Shown in pieces: positions 11,796 through 17,760 of a stretch of 24,000 nucleotides of DNA. The DNA lies in contig NZ_CP016226.1 in the NCBI RefSeq assembly GCF_013377235.1, positions 1,571,019 through 1,595,018 of the forward strand, in the 5' to 3' direction. Under the pieces are notes generated by a model. The model worked only from the letters and a program-made list of their open reading frames with translations, was not told the origin of the DNA and ran no database searches. Source of the stretch: Mannheimia varigena (GTDB taxonomy: Bacteria > Pseudomonadota > Gammaproteobacteria > Enterobacterales > Pasteurellaceae). Both the position numbers and the translations under genes were made by a program. Position 1 is the first letter of the stretch. Every line of letters starts with the position of its first letter.

Positions 11796-12458
11796 GTGGA
11801 AAATATTGCAAATCTTTTAACCGGCAAAAGCCGAGAGCATTTGGTGACGTTGCCAAATTCGCTTTCTGACAAACACGCCCTCCAGCCTGAAGTGGTTGAG
11901 GCGTTTTTGGCATTGCAACAAGGGGCAAAAGAGGCAGGTTTTAATCTTCAACCTGCCAGCACCTTTCGGGATTTTGAACGCCAAAAATTAATTTGGAATA
12001 TGAAATTCAACGGAGAACGTAAAGTTCACGATGATAGCGGCATTGCGATTGATATGAGCCCACTTTCCGATTTCGAAAAATGTCAAGCGATGCTACGTTG
12101 GTCTGCGGTTCCCGGTTCAAGTCGCCACCATTGGGGGACGGAAATTGATATTTTCGACCCGGATTTGCTCCCTAAAAATACCCAACTTTTGTTAGAGCCT
12201 TGGGAGTATTTAGAGGGCGGCTATTTTGCTGAACTCACTAAGTGGCTACATGCTCACGCAGAACAATTTGGTTTTTATTTCCCCTTTGACGGCACGCATT
12301 CACGAGTCGGTTTTGAGCCTTGGCATATTAGCTACCGCCCGATTGCCGCCGAATATGAAACATTATTCAATGACGATATCCTCAAAACCGCTTGGCAAAA
12401 CGAGGACGTAGCTGGCAAAGCGTGCTTACTCGCACATTTTGAAGAGCTTTTAAAATGA
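11796..12458 (+). CDS. Peptidase M15B (VanY-like D-alanyl-D-alanine carboxypeptidase) family protein
   Basis: 220 aa with the zinc-peptidase motifs S.H..G..(I)D ([12 protein letters not shown]) and E.WH (FEPWHISY). No signal peptide is visible. The start is uncertain: the GTG at 11796 has no SD, and an alternative GTG at 11844 follows GAGAG. Confidence 0.7.
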   Translation: MENIANLLTGKSREHLVTLPNSLSDKHALQPEVVEAFLALQQGAKEAGFNLQPASTFRDFERQKLIWNMKFNGERKVHDDSGIAIDMSPLSDFEKCQAMLRWSAVPGSSRHHWGTEIDIFDPDLLPKNTQLLLEPWEYLEGGYFAELTKWLHAHAEQFGFYFPFDGTHSRVGFEPWHISYRPIAAEYETLFNDDILKTAWQNEDVAGKACLLAHFEELLK

Positions 12459-13207
12459 TCCAATTAATTAACGAAACGCAAGATAGCGACAAATTCCAAC
12501 AAATTTGCGACAAATGGCAGCTGGTTGAAGACAAATTCAGCCCTCTGGCATTGGTGCTGACCGAAGAACGTTTGGAATTACGCAAATTAGACGAGCCAAA
12601 ATTGGGGGCGATTGCGGTGAATTTTGTCGATGGCACCATGGCTCACCGCCGTAAATTTGGCGGAGGGCGAGGCGAGGCAGTGGCAAAGGCGGTCGGTATT
12701 AAAGGCGACTACTTACCCACCGTAATTGACGCCACCGCAGGGCTTGGTCGAGATGCTTTTGTGTTGGCGGCAGTGGGCTGTAAAGTGCTGTTGGTGGAGC
12801 GAAACCCGATTGTAGCAGCGTTATTGGAAGATGGGCTAAATCGGGCTTATCAAGATTCAGAAATCGGCGAATTTATGCAAGAACGAATGATTTTAGCCGA
12901 TGTTCGCAACATTTCGCAGCTTGATCTTCAAACCAATGCGGCAGATGTGGTCTATTTAGATCCGATGTATCCACACAAACAGAAAAGTGCCTTGGTGAAA
13001 AAAGAAATGCGGGTGTTCCAGCATTTAGTCGGGGCGGATTTGGATTCTGATGATTTTTTCCTACCGGCAAAAGCCTTGGCGAAAAAGCGAGTGGTGGTAA
13101 AACGCCCGGATTACGCTCCATTTTTGGCGGAACAGAAGCCGGATTTTTCCCAAACCACCAAAAATCACCGCTTTGATGTTTACCTTTCTCATATCAAAAA
13201 TGATTAA
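12455..13207 (+). CDS. rsmJ: 16S rRNA (guanine1516-N2)-methyltransferase RsmJ (YhiQ)
   Basis: 250 aa, colinear with E. coli RsmJ: [47 protein letters not shown](Y/F)[17 protein letters not shown] and [12 protein letters not shown]. It has an ATGA overlap with the upstream gene. Confidence 0.93.
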   Translation: MIQLINETQDSDKFQQICDKWQLVEDKFSPLALVLTEERLELRKLDEPKLGAIAVNFVDGTMAHRRKFGGGRGEAVAKAVGIKGDYLPTVIDATAGLGRDAFVLAAVGCKVLLVERNPIVAALLEDGLNRAYQDSEIGEFMQERMILADVRNISQLDLQTNAADVVYLDPMYPHKQKSALVKKEMRVFQHLVGADLDSDDFFLPAKALAKKRVVVKRPDYAPFLAEQKPDFSQTTKNHRFDVYLSHIKND

Positions 13208-13328
13208 GTAGGATCTAAGCCAAATTTTACAAAACTTTAATTGAAAAATGATCTTATGCGATAGGCAAGCGGTTATTTTTACAGTAAAATTTGCAAATTA
13301 TTTTATCTTTAATTTTAAGGCGGTTATT

Positions 13329-14183
13329 GTGCCACAACGTGATTATGTTGCTCGTTCAAACGAGAAAAAAAATAAAAAAACACAAAAAGAGAGTAATGTT
13401 AAAAAGGTTCTAATCCTGATTATCGGTTTAATTTTAGGTTGCGGTATTGCATTATGGTTCTTGAAGTCAAGTGCACCAGAGCCGATAGCACCTAGTGTTG
13501 TTCAGCCAAATCAGCAACAACCTAAAAGCCAATTACCTAGCCGACCAGAAGAGAGTTGGAGCTATATTCGTGATTTGGAAACCCGTACGGTTATTACCGA
13601 TAACAGCCAAACTTCACAAGAGCGTTTAGCTCAATTAACCGCTCAACAAAAACAGCAAATTGAAGAAAGACGTAAACAAGAAGAAGCACGATTAGCAGAT
13701 CAGGCTCAGCAAAATCTAACGACAGATACCGCAACAGCTACCGAAGAAACGCTACTTACAGAAGAAGAGTTAGCAGCAAAAAAAGCGGAAGAAGACGCTT
13801 TAGCTGAAAAGAGGGCGGAAGAAAAGCGTAAACAAGCTGAATTGAAAAAGCAGCAAGAAGCCAAAAAGGCAGAGCAAACCAAGTTAGCTGAAGAAAAAGC
13901 GAAAAAAGAGCAACCAGCCAAGATTGTTGCAAGTGTAGCAACATCAGCAGATAAAGCAGCAAATCAAGCCGGTAAATTTGGTTTGCAATGCGGAGCATTC
14001 AAAAACAAAGCGCAAGCAGAAAATATGCAAGCACGCCTTGCAATGGCTGGGTTTAATGCCCGTATCGCAAGCAGTGCAGATTGGAACCGTGTTTTTGTGG
14101 GGCCTATTGGGGATAGAGCAGCAACCTCGAGAGCACAATCAAATGCTCGTAGTGTAGCGGAATGTGTTATTGTTGCAATGTAG
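13329..14183 (+). CDS. ftsN: Cell division protein FtsN (SPOR domain protein)
   Basis: The start is moved to the GTG at 13329 (VPQRDYVARS..KK, like the FtsN N-terminus MAQRDYV.R), preceded by AAGG. The protein has a single TM (VLILIIGLILGCGIALWFL), a Q/E/K-rich linker and a C-terminal SPOR domain (FGLQCGAFKNKAQAENMQARLAMAGFNARI...WNRVFVGP). Confidence 0.8.
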   Translation: MPQRDYVARSNEKKNKKTQKESNVKKVLILIIGLILGCGIALWFLKSSAPEPIAPSVVQPNQQQPKSQLPSRPEESWSYIRDLETRTVITDNSQTSQERLAQLTAQQKQQIEERRKQEEARLADQAQQNLTTDTATATEETLLTEEELAAKKAEEDALAEKRAEEKRKQAELKKQQEAKKAEQTKLAEEKAKKEQPAKIVASVATSADKAANQAGKFGLQCGAFKNKAQAENMQARLAMAGFNARIASSADWNRVFVGPIGDRAATSRAQSNARSVAECVIVAM

Positions 14184-14190
14184 ATGAATT

Positions 14191-14217
14191 AAGGAGGGGG
14201 AATCCTCCTTTCTTTTT
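14191..14217 (+). terminator. Rho-independent terminator after ftsN
   Basis: aaggagg-gggaat-cctcctt followed by tcttttt. Confidence 0.75.
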
Positions 14218-14240
14218 ATTTGTTACGCCTTATGCTAATA

Positions 14241-14281
14241 AAAAAGCGAGATAAACATTTTGTTTATCTCGTTTTATTTTT
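14241..14281. terminator. Bidirectional terminator between ftsN and the OmpA-family gene
   Basis: 11-bp stem cgagataaaca/tgtttatctcg (14247-14271), flanked by AAAAAA upstream and TTTTATTTTT downstream. It ends about 10 nt from the stop of the minus-strand gene at 14291. Confidence 0.75.
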
Positions 14282-14290
14282 AATTATTGA

Positions 14291-15841
14291 TTAACGTACG
14301 TTAAACTCAATACGACGGTTTTTCTTACGACCTTCTTCCGTGTTATTGTCTGCAACTGGATTGTCTTGACCGTAGCCTACCGCAGTTAGTGACTCAGCAG
14401 GAACGCCTTGTTTGATTAAGTAATCACGCACTGATTTTGCACGTTGTTCTGATAACTGTTGGTTTGCTGCTGCATCACCTACATTATCAGTGTAACCTGA
14501 AATTTCTCCCGCACGTTTATTTTCAACAAAGTATTGTGCCAATGCGTTTAAGCGACGGAAATAACGTGGGTTAATTTCAGATGATGCTGTTGCAAACATA
14601 ATATCTAAATCTAATTTTGATAAAGACATATCAGTAAGCACTCCAGCTTCTGGCTCATTTACGTTTACTTTATCTGCATTTACAGTGAATAAGTTACCTA
14701 ATAATGCTTTTGCTTTCTCAACTAAGCTTGTTTTTGCATCTTCGCTGTTTACTTCACCAAGTAAGTTAAATACTTTATCTGCAAATGCACCATCTACGCC
14801 TGGGAAATCTTTAAATAAATCAGCTAAACCAGAGAAGTTATTGAAGCTGAATTTATCTGCTTCTGCATCAACCGTTAATTTATCTACTAATGGTAAACCT
14901 GCTGCTAAACCTTTGAATGCATCTAAGATATTCGCTTTAATACCATCATTTTGCACTGTACCAGATACAGTTAAATCTTTATCTGTTTTTTCCCAAGCAA
15001 GATTGCCTAAGCCATCAGAAACTTTTACCGCTTCAGCTGCTGAGGTTGTTTGAACTGCTGGAGCGTTCGCAGTTGTTGTAGAACCTTTATCTGAACAGCT
15101 TTTAATACCGAATAAAGCAGCTAAAACGATACCTGCACCAATTAACCATTTGCTTAAGCTAGATGATTTAGCTGGCTCAGTTTTCACTGTAGTTGTAGTA
15201 GTAGAAGCTGGTCTTGCTGTTGCAGTATGGGCTGCAGCTGCTGAAACAGTACCTACTTTGGCTACATCGCTTAATACATCGCTAAATGAATTATTTGCAA
15301 AACCTAATGCTGTTAAAGCTCCGGTGTCTAATTCTGTTGAAACAGCTCTTGTTTGCTCAGCTAATAAGTTAGTGAAGTTGCTTAAACCAAAACCGCTTGA
15401 AATTTTATCTTTAAAGAAAGAGAAAACAATTGGTAATAATAAACCTAAAATACCTTTAGATGCTGCTGGGCTAGTATTTGTGCTAGTTGCTAAGTGGCTT
15501 GCAACTACATCAGTACGATCGCCAAATAAGCTTGGTAAAATATTTTTGCCTAATTCAAATAAATTGCTTAAGTTGTTGCTATTAGTAGTCACATCAGACT
15601 TGCCCATTAAGATATCTAATGGATTACCTTGTAGATTCGTGTTTCTGATAAGGTTAAATAAGCTACTTGCACCTTCAGTGCTGCTTGCCTTTTGGCTCAT
15701 ACCGCCTAAGATCAGAGATAAACCTTTAGTTAAAAGGTTACCACCTGTTTCATTGGTTACGCCAAGTTGTTTGCCTACTTGATTAAGTAGGAATTCGCGT
15801 ACTGGGCCTTGTTGTAATAATTGATTTAAATCGAAATTCAT
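14291..15841 (-). CDS. OmpA-family peptidoglycan-binding protein with an N-terminal DUF937-like region and a central transmembrane helix
   Basis: 516 aa. The C-terminus is a canonical OmpA_C/MotB-like domain (GYTDNVGDAAANQQLSEQRAKSVRDYL...GYGQDNPVADNNTEEGRKKNRRIEF). There is one hydrophobic helix at aa 232-246 (WLIGAGIVLAALFGI, nt 15104-15148). The N-terminal 230 aa have no signal peptide and show DUF937-like G/L/S-rich repeats. Confidence 0.75.
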   Translation of the reverse strand: MNFDLNQLLQQGPVREFLLNQVGKQLGVTNETGGNLLTKGLSLILGGMSQKASSTEGASSLFNLIRNTNLQGNPLDILMGKSDVTTNSNNLSNLFELGKNILPSLFGDRTDVVASHLATSTNTSPAASKGILGLLLPIVFSFFKDKISSGFGLSNFTNLLAEQTRAVSTELDTGALTALGFANNSFSDVLSDVAKVGTVSAAAAHTATARPASTTTTTVKTEPAKSSSLSKWLIGAGIVLAALFGIKSCSDKGSTTTANAPAVQTTSAAEAVKVSDGLGNLAWEKTDKDLTVSGTVQNDGIKANILDAFKGLAAGLPLVDKLTVDAEADKFSFNNFSGLADLFKDFPGVDGAFADKVFNLLGEVNSEDAKTSLVEKAKALLGNLFTVNADKVNVNEPEAGVLTDMSLSKLDLDIMFATASSEINPRYFRRLNALAQYFVENKRAGEISGYTDNVGDAAANQQLSEQRAKSVRDYLIKQGVPAESLTAVGYGQDNPVADNNTEEGRKKNRRIEFNVR

Positions 15842-15906
15842 TTTTAGTTCCTTATTCAGATAGAGTGAATTTTTCCGAAGTTACTTCATTTAACTTGCTA
15901 AAGACG

Positions 15907-15940
15907 ATTATAGCGTTATTTTGCCATTTTAAATGGCAAA
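15907..15940 (-). promoter_or_regulatory. Putative promoter (-10 TATAAT) with a perfect 21-bp palindrome over the -35 region
   Basis: On the minus strand, TATAAT lies at 15912-15907. The palindrome TTTGCCATTT-A-AAATGGCAAA at 15940-15920 has 10-bp arms and ends 7 nt upstream of the -10. No good -35 hexamer is present. Confidence 0.45.
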
Positions 15941-16003
15941 TTTTTACATATTTACAACATTTACATATCAATAGAGAATTGTAAAAAAAGTAAATATTGG
16001 GAA

Positions 16004-17185
16004 CTAAAGTCCTATCGCATATTTCAACGCCTGTTTTTTAATTGGCATTGCTTTGTCGGCAATAACTAACCCTAAATTACGGACAATTTTCAGTGGGAGA
16101 AGTTCAGTTTTAAACGCTTTATAAAAAATATCCATGCTTGTTTGCATTAACAAATTGTCCAGCTTGCGTTTTTGCTCGTAACGTTTAAATACTTCTTCAT
16201 TTGCAAAACTTTCGCCTTTTTTGACCGCTTGTTCCACCACATCAAGCAGTACTTTTACATCTTTAAAGCCTAAATTTACCCCTTGTCCTGCGAGAGGGTT
16301 AATGGTGTGAGCTGCATCGCCCACTAATACCGTACCGTTTTGTACATAATGTTGAGCGTGCTGGCGAGTCAGCGGAAATGTACCTGACGCCTGCACGTTA
16401 ATCTTGCCTAACTCTTCCCTTAAACGAGCGGGGAAATGCTGCTCAATTTCGGTAGTAAGTTTTTCAGTAGGAAGATTTTTTAGCTCCACAATACGTTGTG
16501 GCGAATCGTACCAAACAATGCAGCCGTTGTTGCCTGAAAGGGGTAAAAAAGCACGAGGACCTGTTGTATAAAATTGTTGCCAAGTGGTTGAGGGAGTTGT
16601 TTTTTCTGTTTTGATGGTTGCCAGCAAACAATGTTGGCGATATTGCCAGCTGGTTAAGCCGATGCCTGCCCACTGACGGGCTTGCGAGTTTGCTCCATCT
16701 GCGGCAATGATAATAGGAGCAGAAAAAGTTTGGTTATCAACTTGAATTCTCCAGCGGTTTTCTTCTCTTTTTGCAAAAATTTGCTTAAATCCGACCGCTT
16801 GTACGCAGTTTGGAAATTGCTTTAACTGCTCCCATAATGCAATCTGGATTAGGTTGTTTTCTACCATATCGCCTAATTTTCCCAGCTCTAAGTCAGAGGC
16901 TGAAAATACGGTGTTAAAGCCCTCTATTTCCCAGGTTTCAAGTTGGGTATAAGGGCAAGTTCTCATTGAGATAATTTGCTCCCACACACCTAATTTTTCC
17001 AATAACTGAATTGAGCCCATACTGATAGCGGAAATGCGTAAATCGTAGGCAGAGTTAGCCTCAAAAGTCGGAAGCGGATTTTTTTCTAACAAAGCTAATT
17101 TTACGCCTTGTTTTGCCAACCCCAACGCAGTTGCGGCTCCAACCATACCGCCGCCAACAACAATCATATCCAATTCAGTGTTCAT
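16004..17185 (-). CDS. ubiF: FAD-dependent ubiquinone-biosynthesis hydroxylase, UbiH/UbiF/VisC family (UbiF-like)
   Basis: 393 aa with the Rossmann motif IVVGGGMVGAATALGLA, DGANS, and GDAAHTI.PLAGQGVNLG. It is colinear over its whole length with my recollection of E. coli UbiF (WQQF...GPRAFLPL; C-terminal QALKYA.GL). The paralog assignment is tentative. Confidence 0.7.
   Translation of the reverse strand: MNTELDMIVVGGGMVGAATALGLAKQGVKLALLEKNPLPTFEANSAYDLRISAISMGSIQLLEKLGVWEQIISMRTCPYTQLETWEIEGFNTVFSASDLELGKLGDMVENNLIQIALWEQLKQFPNCVQAVGFKQIFAKREENRWRIQVDNQTFSAPIIIAADGANSQARQWAGIGLTSWQYRQHCLLATIKTEKTTPSTTWQQFYTTGPRAFLPLSGNNGCIVWYDSPQRIVELKNLPTEKLTTEIEQHFPARLREELGKINVQASGTFPLTRQHAQHYVQNGTVLVGDAAHTINPLAGQGVNLGFKDVKVLLDVVEQAVKKGESFANEEVFKRYEQKRKLDNLLMQTSMDIFYKAFKTELLPLKIVRNLGLVIADKAMPIKKQALKYAIGL
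16223..16232 (-). repeat. Uptake signal sequence ACAAGCGGTC (inside ubiF-like CDS)
   Basis: The plus strand reads gaccgcttgt, preceded by tttttt. Confidence 0.7.
16793..16802 (-). repeat. Uptake signal sequence ACAAGCGGTC (inside ubiF-like CDS)
   Basis: The plus strand reads gaccgcttgt. Confidence 0.7.
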
Positions 17186-17291
17186 TTTTCTTTCCTCTTA
17201 AATGAGCTAATATACGCCTGAAACGCCTTGAATTGTATTGCATTTCCGATTAGGATAAAACCGATTTATTCGTTTATAAAAGGAGTATTTT

Positions 17292-17627
17292 ATGTCTTGC
17301 AAAACTCACACAAACCACGCTCACGAACACGGCGAAGGCTGTGGTCATACCGCCATTAAACATAACGATCATATCGACTATTTACACGATGGGCATTTGC
17401 ATCACAAACACGGTGATCATTACGATGAACACGTTTTAGAAGTGAATGAAACTAACCCGGCAGAATGCAACGCTGTTCATTGCTGTGGCGACCACGTTCA
17501 CGGCGAGGGCTGTGGACACGAAGCAGTGCCACACGGCGATCATATTGACTATATTGTAGATGGTCGTTTACATCATCAGCACGGTGATCATTGCGACGAT
17601 CACGGACCGGTTGAAATCGTCAAATAA
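17292..17627 (+). CDS. Small His/Cys/Asp-rich protein with an internal tandem duplication; putative cytoplasmic metal-binding protein
   Basis: 111 aa with AGGAG SD 6 nt upstream of the ATG and a strong terminator downstream. It contains 25 His, 7 Cys and 12 Asp. Two 37-aa units (aa 11-47 and 68-104) are 26/37 identical, with the pattern H.HGEGCGH....H.DHIDY..DG.LHH.HGDH.D.H. No signal peptide or TM is present. Confidence 0.7.
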   Translation: MSCKTHTNHAHEHGEGCGHTAIKHNDHIDYLHDGHLHHKHGDHYDEHVLEVNETNPAECNAVHCCGDHVHGEGCGHEAVPHGDHIDYIVDGRLHHQHGDHCDDHGPVEIVK

Positions 17628-17634
17628 TATTATT

Positions 17635-17669
17635 TTATGGGAGGTTTTGACCTCCCATAAACTATTTTT
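17635..17669 (+). terminator. Rho-independent terminator after the His-rich gene
   Basis: 11-bp stem ttatgggaggt-tttg-acctcccataa followed by actattttt. Confidence 0.85.
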
Positions 17670-17687
17670 GCGATCTCGCTCGAAAAT
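17666..17687. promoter_or_regulatory. CRP-S-like (Sxy/TfoX-dependent competence) site upstream of comM
   Basis: The sequence is tttTGCGAtctcgcTCGAAaat. The left half matches the Pasteurellaceae CRP-S consensus TTTTGCGATC exactly. The right half has one core mismatch (TCGAA vs TCGCA). The site lies 74 nt upstream of the comM ATG, and a possible -10 TATTCT sits at 17725-17730. Confidence 0.5.
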
Positions 17688-17760
17688 TTGAATATTTGTT
17701 CTACCCTCTTTTTCTCTTTCCTTCTATTCTCTCGTCATTGATTTCTTATTTCTCAACATA

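Noticed and set aside
12382-12639. 85-aa minus-strand ORF spanning the peptidase/rsmJ junction
   Set aside because: It is antisense to two strongly supported, translationally coupled genes and has no SD, motif or homology.
13248-13328. 27-codon upstream extension of ftsN starting at ATG 13248
   Set aside because: The extension contains a USS-like sequence and AT-rich promoter-like DNA, and it translates to hydrophobic junk. The FtsN-like N-terminus (V)PQRDYV begins at GTG 13329, which has an AAGG SD.
13650-13920. Repetitive K/E/A/Q-rich stretch that might look like a DNA tandem repeat, with long antisense ORFs (13706-13921, 13756-13998)
   Set aside because: It is compositionally biased coiled-coil/linker coding sequence typical of FtsN/SPOR proteins. 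I see no exact nucleotide repeat unit. The antisense ORFs are by-products of GAA/AAA/GCA codon bias.
15150-15782. 210-aa ORF on the plus strand (and a 122-aa ORF at 14685-15053), antisense to the OmpA-family gene
   Set aside because: Both lie entirely within a well-supported minus-strand CDS. They translate to low-complexity L/V/K/A-rich sequence with no motif, SD or plausible promoter. They are typical shadow ORFs of an Ala/Ser/Thr/Leu-rich gene.
15920-15940. TGGCA in the palindrome as a possible sigma-54 (-24) element
   Set aside because: No TTGC(A/T) -12 element follows at the required spacing in either orientation. The symmetric 10-bp arms fit a dimeric regulator site better.
17186-17291. 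Looked for a Zur, Fur or NikR operator in the divergent promoter region of the His-rich gene (e.g. aaatgagctaatatacg)
   Set aside because: The best candidate matches only 13/21 positions of a gamma-proteobacterial Zur box and is not palindromic. There is no GATAATGATAATCATTATC-like or GTATGA-N16-TCATAC-like sequence. No claim is made.
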